NCBI GenBank assembly: GCA_002869015.1
Contig: PKTT01000062.1
Span: 26,257-90,256, forward strand
Origin: Deltaproteobacteria bacterium
GTDB taxonomy: Bacteria > Desulfobacterota > Deferrisomatia > Deferrisomatales > BM512
Reading direction: 5' to 3'
DNA length: 64,000 bases
This document shows positions 25,533 through 34,323 of the stretch, one piece after another; within the stretch, counting starts at the first letter, position 1, and the number at the start of each line of letters is the position of its first letter. A program made the translations under genes and the position numbers. The notes below the pieces were generated by a model. That model made no database searches. It saw only the letters and a list, made by a program, of their open reading frames with translations, and was not told where the DNA came from.

Positions 25533-28500
25533 ATGATTGAAAAAATAATCGAGTGGTCGATTAATAATAAATTGATGATTGTCCTAGCGACTTTACTTGC
25601 CATCATTGGCGGTATCGTCGCAATGAGGTCGACCCCGCTTGACGCTATTCCCGACCTCTCCGACGTGCAGGTCATCGTATACACGGACTACGCCGGACAA
25701 GCGCCGCAGGTTGTAGAGGATCAGGTAACCTACCCACTCACCACCGCGATGCTCTCGGTACCACACGCCAAGGTGGTGCGCGGCTACTCCTTCTTCGGGA
25801 CTAGCTTCGTATACATAATCTTCGAGGACGGCACCGATCTCTACTGGGCTCGTTCGAGGGTCCTTGAATACTTGAACTTCGTCTCCGGGCGTCTACCGGC
25901 AGGGGTTACCCCCTCACTGGGCCCCGATGGAACTGGTGTCGGCTGGATATATGAGTACGTTCTAAAAGACACCACCGGAAACCACGATCTCCAGGAGCTT
26001 CGCTCCATTCAGGATTGGTACCTGCGCTATGAGCTCACCGCAGTCCCGGGAGTCGCTGAAGTTGCCTCCATGGGCGGCTTCGTCAAGCAGTACCAGATTG
26101 AGGTGGACCCGGTAAAGCTACTCGCCTATGGCCTGCCCCTGCAAAAGGTCCGCATGGCTATCGGGCGCTCCAACAACGACGTTGGAGGTAAATTGGTCGA
26201 AATGGGGGAGAGCGAGTTCATGGTGCGTGGGCTTGGCTACCTCTCCTCCATTGAGGATATCGAAAACATCGCAGTTGGTGTCGATGGCGAGGGCACCCCG
26301 TTACTTCTGAAATCAGTAGCTAACGTCACCGTGGGGCCAGAGCTTAGGCGTGGCGTAGCAGAGTGGAATGGTGAGGGCGAAGTAGCCGGCGGAGTTGTTG
26401 TCATGCGCTACGGAGAAAACGCCCTTGAGGTCATCGAAAACGTCAAGGCCAAGCTAAAATCTCTGGAGAGCGGCCTCCCTGAAGGGGTAAAGATTGAGAC
26501 CGGCTACGACCGCTCTCTGCTCATCGAACGTGCTGTGGACACCTTAAAGGGCAAGCTGGTGGAGGAGATGCTTGTCGTAGCCTTTATCTGCATCATCTTT
26601 TTGCTGCACTTTCGCTCTGCCTTTGTTGCAATTTTCACCCTGCCGGTAGGCATAGTCCTCGCAATCCTGGCAATGAGGGCATTAGGGATCAACGCCAACA
26701 TTATGAGCCTAGGGGGCATCGCCATCGCCATCGGGGTAATGGTTGACGCCTCTGTTGTGCTAGTTGAGAACGCGCATAAACATCTGGAGCGGGAGCGCGG
26801 CAAAAAGAGCCACCTTGAGATCATGGTGGCCGCCTCGAAGGAGGTAGGTCCGGCGCTTTTCTACAGCCTCCTCATCATAACTGTATCCTTCCTGCCGGTC
26901 TTCGCCCTTGAGGAGCAGTCAGGGCGGCTCTTTAAGCCGCTGGCCTACACAAAGACCTTCGCCATGGCGGCGAGCTCCATCCTCGCAATAACGATAATCC
27001 CCGTGCTTATGACCTTCTTCGTCAGGGAGCACACCCTGCCGAAAGATATGCCGAAAAACAAGCGCATCCTGAGCTGGGCTCTCTCTATAGCAGGGCCTCC
27101 GGCGCTGGTGATAATCGGTGGCATATCTGGGCTGCCAATCCCCGACTGGGGGCTTGTAGCGGCGCTCGGGGTATCAATATTCGCGGCTGTATGCCTCATC
27201 CCCCAGAAGATGATGAAGGAGGAGAAAAATCCACTATCCCGTTTCTTCGTATGGCTATACCTGCCGCTCATCAGGGTAGTCCTTAAGTGGCGCAAAGTTA
27301 CTGTGCTAGTAGCCCTTATCGCGGTTTGCGTGACTTGGGTTCCACTATCAAGGCTGGGTAGCGAGTTCATGCCCCCACTAAACGAGGGAGACCTCCTCTA
27401 CATGCCGACTACGCTTCCCGGCGTCTCTATAACAAAGGCAAAGGAGCTGCTGCAACAAACGGACAAAATCATACAGTCATTCCCTGAGGTTAAGCATACG
27501 CTAGGCAAGGTGGGCCGCGCCGAAACGGCTACCGACCCCGCGCCCCTCTCCATGCTTGAGACTACAATAGTCCTGCGTGATGTGGTCGAGCGTGAAATCA
27601 TCCCGGCAAAGCGCTTCTTCTCCGGCTGGCCCGGTTGGCTGAAGGAGCCCTTGACCTGGCTTTGGCCCGAGGAGCTTGAGGGCAAAATCACACACGAGTG
27701 GAGAAAAAAACATGTCGACCGATTCTTTTCAGGTTGGCCTGAGATACTTAAAGCACCGCTGGCTGCCATCTGGCCTGAAGAGCGCTATATAACCACGGAT
27801 GAGCTGGTCGACGACCTTGACCGAGCGATCCAATTCCCGGGGCTTACAAACGCTTGGACGATGCCCATCAAGACCCGCATCGACATGCTCTCCACGGGGA
27901 TTAAGACCCCCGTGGGCATAAAGCTCATGGGTCCGGACCTTGAGGTGCTCTCTGACCTTGGGGCCAGGGTCGAGGCGATCATCTCAGAGATCCCCGGCAC
28001 CCTCTCCGCATATTCGGAGCGAGTTACGGGCGGCAACTACCTCGATTTCGATATCAGGCGTGAAGAGATAGCCCGCTATGGCCTCACCGTAGGAGACGTG
28101 CAGGATATAATCATGAGCGCCATCGGCGGTATGAACATATCCCACAGCGTCGAAGGGCTTGAACGCTACCCCATCAACTTGCGCTACGGCAGGGAGCTGA
28201 GAAACGACATAGACTCTCTAAAAAGGGTGCTGGTCCCGACGCCTACCGGGGCACAGGTACCCCTAGGGCAGCTGGCGGACCTTTCGGTACACAAGGGCCC
28301 CGCAGGAATTAAGAGCGAGAACTCTCGCCGAACAGCGTGGGTTTACGTTGACCTCAAAGGCGTTGATGTAGGCTCCTACGTAAAAGACGCGAAGATGGTT
28401 CTTGAGCATGAGCTAGATGTTCCTCCCGGCTACTCTATTGTTTGGTCGGGTCAGTACGAGTATATGGAGCGCGCACGGGCGACCCTCGACATCATAGTAC

Positions 28501-29042
28501 CCCTGACCCTGGCGATGATCTTTATCCTCCTCTTCGTACACTTCGGCTCCGTGATGGAGGCAGGCATAGTCATGGCTTCTTTGCCCTTCGCCTTAGTCGG
28601 CGGGGTCTGGCTCCTCTACATCCTTGGCTACAACATATCCGTGGCGGTAGTAGTCGGCTTCATAGCGCTGGCGGGGCTCGCGGCGGAGACGGGAGTTGTG
28701 ATGCTCGTCTACCTGGATGAGTCTTTTGAACGCCGCCTAAATGACGGACAGATGAATGAAATTTCAGACCTTCACGGTGCAATCATAGAAGGCGCGGCGG
28801 ATAGGGTGAGACCCAAGATTATGACGGTGGCGACCACCCTTATCGGCCTCTTGCCTGTTATGAGCGGCACTGAGACCGGCAGCGAGATCATGAAGAGAAT
28901 CGCCGCTCCTATGGTCGGCGGGCTCATAAGCTCCACGATACTAACCCTGCTCATAATTCCAGCCGTCTATGAGTTGTGGAAACGCTGGCAGTTAAGGGAT
29001 GTTTTTTCTAAAAACGCCAACCCGGAAATCATCGGGGAGTGA
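25533..29042 (+). CDS. cusA: CusA-type heavy-metal RND efflux pump (enlarged, 1169 aa)
   Basis: Strong resemblance to E. coli CusA as recalled (NAWTMPIKTRIDMLSTGIKTPVGIKL; ERYPINLRYGRE; RVRPKIMTVATTLIGLLPV). Contains two extra segments, described in the findings. Confidence 0.9.
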   Translation: MIEKIIEWSINNKLMIVLATLLAIIGGIVAMRSTPLDAIPDLSDVQVIVYTDYAGQAPQVVEDQVTYPLTTAMLSVPHAKVVRGYSFFGTSFVYIIFEDGTDLYWARSRVLEYLNFVSGRLPAGVTPSLGPDGTGVGWIYEYVLKDTTGNHDLQELRSIQDWYLRYELTAVPGVAEVASMGGFVKQYQIEVDPVKLLAYGLPLQKVRMAIGRSNNDVGGKLVEMGESEFMVRGLGYLSSIEDIENIAVGVDGEGTPLLLKSVANVTVGPELRRGVAEWNGEGEVAGGVVVMRYGENALEVIENVKAKLKSLESGLPEGVKIETGYDRSLLIERAVDTLKGKLVEEMLVVAFICIIFLLHFRSAFVAIFTLPVGIVLAILAMRALGINANIMSLGGIAIAIGVMVDASVVLVENAHKHLERERGKKSHLEIMVAASKEVGPALFYSLLIITVSFLPVFALEEQSGRLFKPLAYTKTFAMAASSILAITIIPVLMTFFVREHTLPKDMPKNKRILSWALSIAGPPALVIIGGISGLPIPDWGLVAALGVSIFAAVCLIPQKMMKEEKNPLSRFFVWLYLPLIRVVLKWRKVTVLVALIAVCVTWVPLSRLGSEFMPPLNEGDLLYMPTTLPGVSITKAKELLQQTDKIIQSFPEVKHTLGKVGRAETATDPAPLSMLETTIVLRDVVEREIIPAKRFFSGWPGWLKEPLTWLWPEELEGKITHEWRKKHVDRFFSGWPEILKAPLAAIWPEERYITTDELVDDLDRAIQFPGLTNAWTMPIKTRIDMLSTGIKTPVGIKLMGPDLEVLSDLGARVEAIISEIPGTLSAYSERVTGGNYLDFDIRREEIARYGLTVGDVQDIIMSAIGGMNISHSVEGLERYPINLRYGRELRNDIDSLKRVLVPTPTGAQVPLGQLADLSVHKGPAGIKSENSRRTAWVYVDLKGVDVGSYVKDAKMVLEHELDVPPGYSIVWSGQYEYMERARATLDIIVPLTLAMIFILLFVHFGSVMEAGIVMASLPFALVGGVWLLYILGYNISVAVVVGFIALAGLAAETGVVMLVYLDESFERRLNDGQMNEISDLHGAIIEGAADRVRPKIMTVATTLIGLLPVMSGTETGSEIMKRIAAPMVGGLISSTILTLLIIPAVYELWKRWQLRDVFSKNANPEIIGE

Positions 29043-29047
29043 TGAAA

Positions 29048-29380
29048 ATGAAAAAAATAACCGCAGTAATTAGAGAGGAAGCTGCGCAGACGATTTTGGA
29101 CCTCCTAGCGCAAATCGGCATGCAAAATGCGACTGTAAGTGAGGTAACCGCCGTCGGCCCGCAAGCTAACGACCCCGATTCGTCCAAATTGGACATAACC
29201 CTTGGCAGGCTTTCAAAGAAGATGCTTAAGCTGGAGTTCTTCACCCCTGAAGAATACCTGCAACGCGTAGTGGCAATCGTCCTCTCCGGTGCGGATACAA
29301 ACCGTGCCGGAGACGGAGTTCTCTCCGTCACAGAGGTGACGGACCTATACAGAATAAATAAACGTCAAAAACTGACCTGA
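29048..29380 (+). CDS. P-II-like protein, translationally coupled to cusA
   Basis: ORF 29039..29380. Likely start is ATG 29048 (GGGGAG RBS; MKKITAVIREE... like GlnB MKKIEAIIRP; C-terminal GDGVLSVTEVTDLYRI like GDGKIFVxxVxxxxRI). Alternative starts at 29039 and 29042 overlap the cusA stop. Confidence 0.65.
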   Translation: MKKITAVIREEAAQTILDLLAQIGMQNATVSEVTAVGPQANDPDSSKLDITLGRLSKKMLKLEFFTPEEYLQRVVAIVLSGADTNRAGDGVLSVTEVTDLYRINKRQKLT

Positions 29381-29426
29381 TAAGCAGGCAAAAGCTGCCC
29401 TTTAAGAGGGCTAAAGGAGAAGGAAA

Positions 29427-30017
29427 ATGAATAGATTTTTCAAAGTAGCAATGATTGGCGCAATAGCTCTGATGCTGGCTGGCACCGGATTCGCTAAAGG
29501 CGGCAGCGGCGGAGGTGATATGGGCGGCTCAAGTATGGGCGGCGGCATGTCCCATGGGGAACAGTCCATGGACATGGCTAAAGACCACGCGATGGAGATG
29601 GATCGGGACATGAAGATGGACCACGATATGGATCACTCCGACCACAAGGGTGAGATGATCCACCAATCTATGGCTAACCACCACCAGCTTGCCTACCACC
29701 TAATCAACAATAAGGAGCAGATGGAGGCAATGAAGGATATGAAGGGGATGAGCATGTCTGGGGGAGCGGCTCAGATGAAGTCTCATCACCTCATGGTGTA
29801 TCCGGTTGACGATGCAGGGAATCCGCTTACCGGAAGCAAAACCGGATACCTAGTAACCTCTCCCTCCGGGGCCAAACAGAAGGCCATGGCTATGGAGATG
29901 AAAGGCGGCTATGGTGCCGACGTAGACTTCTCAGAGAAGGGCACCTACAAAGTCACCGTTAAGATCGTAAAAGGCGACACGCAGATAGTGGACAACTTCG
30001 ATTACGATGTTAAGTAA
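29427..30017 (+). CDS. Periplasmic Met/His-rich metal-binding protein (Cu/Ag-type motifs) with a C-terminal beta-rich domain
   Basis: 196 aa. AGGAGAAGG RBS and a signal peptide. Low-complexity region MGGSSMGGGMSHGEQSMDMAKDHAMEMDRDMKMDHDMDHSDHKGEM. Confidence 0.65.
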   Translation: MNRFFKVAMIGAIALMLAGTGFAKGGSGGGDMGGSSMGGGMSHGEQSMDMAKDHAMEMDRDMKMDHDMDHSDHKGEMIHQSMANHHQLAYHLINNKEQMEAMKDMKGMSMSGGAAQMKSHHLMVYPVDDAGNPLTGSKTGYLVTSPSGAKQKAMAMEMKGGYGADVDFSEKGTYKVTVKIVKGDTQIVDNFDYDVK

Positions 30018-30039
30018 TAGGTAACTTTGGCTTAGCCAA

Positions 30040-30070
30040 AAGCCCCGGAATAAATCCGGGGCTTTTTCTT
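30040..30070 (+). terminator. Rho-independent terminator of the cus-type operon
   Basis: AGCCCCGGA-ATAAA-TCCGGGGCT hairpin followed by TTTTTCTTTTCTT. Confidence 0.75.
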
Positions 30071-30238
30071 TTCTTCGGTATTAAGCGGTGAACTTTTCTC
30101 CTGCCGCGAATCTACTTACCAAGACAACGCTAAGCCCCCTTCATTTCCTGAGGGGCAGGGTATATGATGTGGCTTTACAAAACTGCCTCCATTTTCGGAG
30201 GCTCTTCTTTTATAAAAGTTTTCCCTGCAGAGATTCCA

Positions 30239-31927
30239 ATGAGCAAAATAACAATAATGCCCATCGGCAAAGAAATTGAAGTAGCCGAGGGCGAAAACCT
30301 TTTAAGCGCTGTAAGAAGGGCGGGTGCAGCGATCCAGAGCCCTTGCAATGGGGAGGGCAGCTGCGGCAAATGCCTGGTCAGAGTCGAGGGCGACAAAGCC
30401 CCGGAAACACCCCACAAAAATCTGTCACGCAAGAAATCCGAGGAGGGCTGGCGCCTTGCTTGTAGGGTCGCACCGGATTTGGATATGACTATTCATCTGG
30501 CGGAAGATTTTTCACTTGATGCCAGGATTCTGGAGGGCGACAGGATTTCAGGGATTCCCCTGACTCCAGCACCAAAGGTTACGCAGGAGGGGGGCCGCTT
30601 CAAGCTCTCTTACGGTAAGGAGCCAGAGCGTGTCGTACTGACCGATTGGGAGGAGGGCTATTCACCAAAGGGGCTCGCCATCGACATAGGCACAACCACC
30701 CTCGTAGCTACCCTCTTCTCTCTAGAGACAGGCGATGAGCTTGGGACGGCATCCGCGATAAATCCTCAAGTTGATTTCGGTCATGATGTTCTCACCCGCA
30801 TACAAAAAGGTTCGACCCCCGAGGGGCTCGCCGAGCTCATGGATGTTCTATCAAAGGGTTTTGAGAAAATGATTGAGGAGCTTTTGTCGGAGTCCGGGGC
30901 AAAGCGCGGGGAAATTCTGGATGTTGTCATAGGCGGCAATACGACGATGCTTCAGATAGCCGGTGGATTCGACCCTGCGCCACTTGGCAGGTTCCCCTTC
31001 ACAGTCGGCATAAGCGGCGGTCAGACCTACCCCGCCACACGCTTCGGCCTAAAACTCAACTCTTTAGCGCGCGTATATATACCGCCGGTTGCCCACGCTT
31101 TTGTAGGGTCGGATATTACAGTCGGCCTAATCGCAACCAATTTTTTCCACAGAGATGGAAATATCCTATTTGTAGATATTGGGACAAATGGTGAGATGGG
31201 ACTTAGCACAGCTGGAAAAAAGCTTGTCACCTCGGCTGCTGCGGGTCCCGCTTTTGAGGGGATGGGCATAGCGGCGGGAATGCGCGCAGCTAAGGGCGCC
31301 ATTGAGGAGGTTTCCGCAAAGGGTGGCGAGCTTTCGATTAAGGTGATTGGCGGCGGCGAGGCCAAGGGGATATGCGGCAGCGGGATAATAGACGCTACCG
31401 CTGCGCTTCTCTCGCTGGGCGTAATTGACGCGACCGGGAAGATGCGGGCCCCTGAGGAGGCGGAGGATGTTGCCCCCAAAGTAAGGGACCGCCTTGAGGT
31501 AATTGAGGGTAAGCCGGTCTTCCGGCTCGCAGAGGGGGTATATTTTACACAAAATGATGTGCGCCAGATCCAGCTGGCAAAATCGGCGGTGAGAACGGCG
31601 ATCGAGTCAATGCTAAGTGAGGGTGGTGTCAGGCCTGAGGAGCTTGACGCTCTTATACTGGCGGGAGCTTTTGGCTACCATCTTAAGCCGGAGAGCCTTG
31701 AAACTATAGGGCTAATACCCTCTGGTCTCATCAAGAGGATAACCTTCGCTGGAAACACAAGCCGTACGGGAAGCGCTATGCTGCTCCTAGATCTGAATCT
31801 AAGGGCTGAGCTTGAGGAGAAGATGTCAACGGTAAAGCACATAGGACTCGCCGAGGGCAAGGAGTTTCAAAAACGTTTCATTGAGCATATAGGCTTCACA
31901 GACCTAACGGCGGGAAAAGAAAGCTAG
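30239..31927 (+). CDS. RACo-like reductive activator (2Fe-2S ferredoxin domain + ASKHA ATPase, DUF4445 family)
   Basis: ORF 30164..31927. Start moved to ATG 30239 (MSKITIMPIGKEIEV...). Plant-type ferredoxin motif CNGEGSCGKCLVRV. ASKHA phosphate-1 motif GLAIDIGTTTLVATL. Confidence 0.75.
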   Translation: MSKITIMPIGKEIEVAEGENLLSAVRRAGAAIQSPCNGEGSCGKCLVRVEGDKAPETPHKNLSRKKSEEGWRLACRVAPDLDMTIHLAEDFSLDARILEGDRISGIPLTPAPKVTQEGGRFKLSYGKEPERVVLTDWEEGYSPKGLAIDIGTTTLVATLFSLETGDELGTASAINPQVDFGHDVLTRIQKGSTPEGLAELMDVLSKGFEKMIEELLSESGAKRGEILDVVIGGNTTMLQIAGGFDPAPLGRFPFTVGISGGQTYPATRFGLKLNSLARVYIPPVAHAFVGSDITVGLIATNFFHRDGNILFVDIGTNGEMGLSTAGKKLVTSAAAGPAFEGMGIAAGMRAAKGAIEEVSAKGGELSIKVIGGGEAKGICGSGIIDATAALLSLGVIDATGKMRAPEEAEDVAPKVRDRLEVIEGKPVFRLAEGVYFTQNDVRQIQLAKSAVRTAIESMLSEGGVRPEELDALILAGAFGYHLKPESLETIGLIPSGLIKRITFAGNTSRTGSAMLLLDLNLRAELEEKMSTVKHIGLAEGKEFQKRFIEHIGFTDLTAGKES

Positions 31928-31941
31928 CAAGAGATATTGTT

Positions 31942-32631
31942 ATGACAAAATCATCCAAAGCAAAAAGAGCTGTAATCGCCTGTGGAATTTTCGAGGTGGA
32001 AGTTGAGAGGCTCCTTAAAGGCCACGATTATATCTCAGTGACCTATTTGGAGCAGGGGCTACATGTAAAACCTGAGAAAATAGCTCCGCACATTCAGGAG
32101 ATAGTGGATGAAGCTGCCAAGTGGGCTGATGAAATAGTCCTCGGCTACGGCCTCTGCTCCAACGGTGTTGCAGGTGTAGTAGCGCCGGCGCAGGGGCTCA
32201 TAGTGCCTAAGGCACACGACTGCATCCCCCTCTTCTTAGGCTCTCTTGAGAAATACAAGGAGTCATCAACCGCCCACCCCGGCACTTACTACCTCAACTC
32301 TGGGTGGATAAAGGGCGAATTGGACCCCTTGGGAACCCTGGAAAAATATAAAGAGAGGCTCGACCCGGAGATAGCGGAGTGGGGCATTCAGGAGGAGATG
32401 AAACACTATACTCGTATAGCTTACATAGACGGCAACAATGGCAAAAGCGCCAAGGAGATCGAGCGCGCAAAGGAGAACGCTGAGTTTCTAGGCAAAGAGT
32501 TTCAGATCATAGAGGGTAGCGGCGACTACCTTGAAAAGCTGCTTTTCGGCCCCTACGATAGCGAGGAGTTTTTCCACATCGCACCGGGCGAGACTATAAC
32601 TCAGGATATCTATCTGGCTCAGCCTGATTAA
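31942..32631 (+). CDS. DUF1638 domain protein
   Basis: 229 aa. AVIACGIFEVEVE...VLGYGLCSNG...PKAHDCIPLFLGS pattern characteristic of DUF1638. Confidence 0.7.
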   Translation: MTKSSKAKRAVIACGIFEVEVERLLKGHDYISVTYLEQGLHVKPEKIAPHIQEIVDEAAKWADEIVLGYGLCSNGVAGVVAPAQGLIVPKAHDCIPLFLGSLEKYKESSTAHPGTYYLNSGWIKGELDPLGTLEKYKERLDPEIAEWGIQEEMKHYTRIAYIDGNNGKSAKEIERAKENAEFLGKEFQIIEGSGDYLEKLLFGPYDSEEFFHIAPGETITQDIYLAQPD

Positions 32632-32993
32632 GCCTTTACACTCTTTCGAGCCTTATACTTTGTTGCCTTGGATACCTTCTCCTCATCAAAATCATCATCC
32701 GATGAAGGGAGCGCCCCCTGGACTATTGAGCTAAGCGAATCAAATAATCTAGAGTTCTCGCCAAAAAGCCTCTTGAGGGAATGCAATGCCCTGCCAAGGG
32801 TGCGGTTTATTGCCGGCTGAAGAGCCTCTTTAAGGTCAGGCGAAAGGTCATCATATTGAGCCCGTAAATTGCTCACCCAATCTTCAAGGTACCTTTCCTC
32901 CACCCCATCTCGCTTGTATATAAAACCTTCCAGCGCTCCAGCAGCGGAAGCAAACTCATAGATGGCACCTTCTGAACCTTCATTTTTCATCAT
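32628..32993 (-). CDS. Hypothetical protein (121 aa), last gene of the sigma-54 regulator operon
   Basis: ORF in an operon context, 20 nt after the HAD gene. No recognised family. Basic C-terminal tail. Confidence 0.45.
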   Translation of the reverse strand: MMKNEGSEGAIYEFASAAGALEGFIYKRDGVEERYLEDWVSNLRAQYDDLSPDLKEALQPAINRTLGRALHSLKRLFGENSRLFDSLSSIVQGALPSSDDDFDEEKVSKATKYKARKSVKA

Positions 32994-33013
32994 CCAGCCT
33001 CCCCGGCGACATG

Positions 33014-33682
33014 TTAATTAAAATGTTTTGTAAGTTCTGAAATACTCTCAACGATGAGGTTTGCTCCCTCTTTTTCCAGCGTTCCCCTGGAATCTATCCC
33101 AGTCAGTACTCCAATAGTTTTCATACCGGCGGCATGACCCGCGCGAATATCGACATGCGAATCGCCAACGTAAACGCATACACTTGGTGGCATCCCAATC
33201 CTCCTGGCACCCTCAAGCAAAGGGTCCGGCGCCGGTTTCACGCGTGGCGCATCTTCGGTTGCCACCATAACCTTGAAGAAATCCGCCAACCCTTCACGCC
33301 TTAAGGCAAATAATTTTTTCTCCAAATATTTTCGCTGCGTCGTTGTGACAATGCCAAGCGCGATACCCAAATCGCGCAGATGCTTCAGGGATTTATCCGC
33401 CCCTGGTACCACCTTCACTTCATCCTTAAAGATATCGAGGGACTTGGCCCTTCCTACAGAGAGCAGCTCCTTAATCAACTCATCCTTACGGTACATTTCC
33501 CTTTCGGGGATCATCTTTTCCAGTATGGATGTGCCGGAGGCCATGAACTCGGCAACCTTCTCCCGTGGCGCCTGCGGAAGCCCGACAGCATCAAGCATTG
33601 AAGCCATCAGATCAAAGTAAGCCGGTATAGAATCAAGGAGGGTGCCGTCAAGGTCAAAGAGGACTGCGCGCACACCATCCAT
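33014..33682 (-). CDS. HAD-superfamily phosphatase (phosphoglycolate-phosphatase-like)
   Basis: 222 aa. Motif I VLFDLDGTLLDS, motif III K...., motif IV YVGDSHVDIRAG. Confidence 0.85.
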   Translation of the reverse strand: MDGVRAVLFDLDGTLLDSIPAYFDLMASMLDAVGLPQAPREKVAEFMASGTSILEKMIPEREMYRKDELIKELLSVGRAKSLDIFKDEVKVVPGADKSLKHLRDLGIALGIVTTTQRKYLEKKLFALRREGLADFFKVMVATEDAPRVKPAPDPLLEGARRIGMPPSVCVYVGDSHVDIRAGHAAGMKTIGVLTGIDSRGTLEKEGANLIVESISELTKHFN

Positions 33683-33687
33683 CTCCC

Positions 33688-34290
33688 CTACCCCTCAGCC
33701 TCATCGATCAAAGCCGCCGCCATCTCCTTTGCCCGCTCAGTAAAAAACCAGGGCTCGATTTTACCCTTTAACCATTTAAGGCAGGTTGAAGGCTCCATCC
33801 CTGCCCATCTGCGCATGAAATCGACGCCTGTGGAAGTGAAACGGTAAAGCTTGTCAGCATCCTTTACTATCTCATCCTCACTTGAGATTGAAGTCATCCG
33901 GCTATCATGGCCATTAATTATCTTTGAGACATGCTTGACCTCTTGGTCGCCAAAACCAAGCTCATCAAGGATTTTAGCGGCGATGCGTGCCCCCTCCTCT
34001 TCATGCTTTATCCTGAAAACATTGCCCTCAGGGTCGGCCATGAGAGATTGGGACATCTCTTCTGCTGTAAGCTCACTATAGCCTGTATCATGGAGAATCA
34101 CCGCAGCAAGGACTACACGCTCATCAACTTTAGCCCCCTCCAGCAGTTTAACTGCCAATGAGTATGCGATGAGCGTATGGACATCATTTTCGCGAACCAT
34201 AAGGTAGGGTTTTGCCCGTTCAAAAATATCTTTGAATACCCCCTTCGGGAGTGAAAGGGAGTTGCAACCATCTATTCTTTGCGTCGTCAT
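33688..34290 (-). CDS. HD-domain phosphohydrolase
   Basis: 200 aa. H...HD signature (HTLIAY...AVILHDTGY) and later DADKL. Paralog of 55554..56153. Confidence 0.75.
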   Translation of the reverse strand: MTTQRIDGCNSLSLPKGVFKDIFERAKPYLMVRENDVHTLIAYSLAVKLLEGAKVDERVVLAAVILHDTGYSELTAEEMSQSLMADPEGNVFRIKHEEEGARIAAKILDELGFGDQEVKHVSKIINGHDSRMTSISSEDEIVKDADKLYRFTSTGVDFMRRWAGMEPSTCLKWLKGKIEPWFFTERAKEMAAALIDEAEG

Positions 34291-34323
34291 AATATTTCCA
34301 AAAATAAAATTCAGATATACACG

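Noticed and set aside
30164-30238. 25-codon N-terminal extension of the RACo-like ORF (MMWLYKTASIFGG...).
   Set aside because: Homologous 2Fe-2S domains begin at about MSKITI..., and the extension runs toward the terminator region of the preceding operon. The start at 30239 is preferred, though its RBS is weak.
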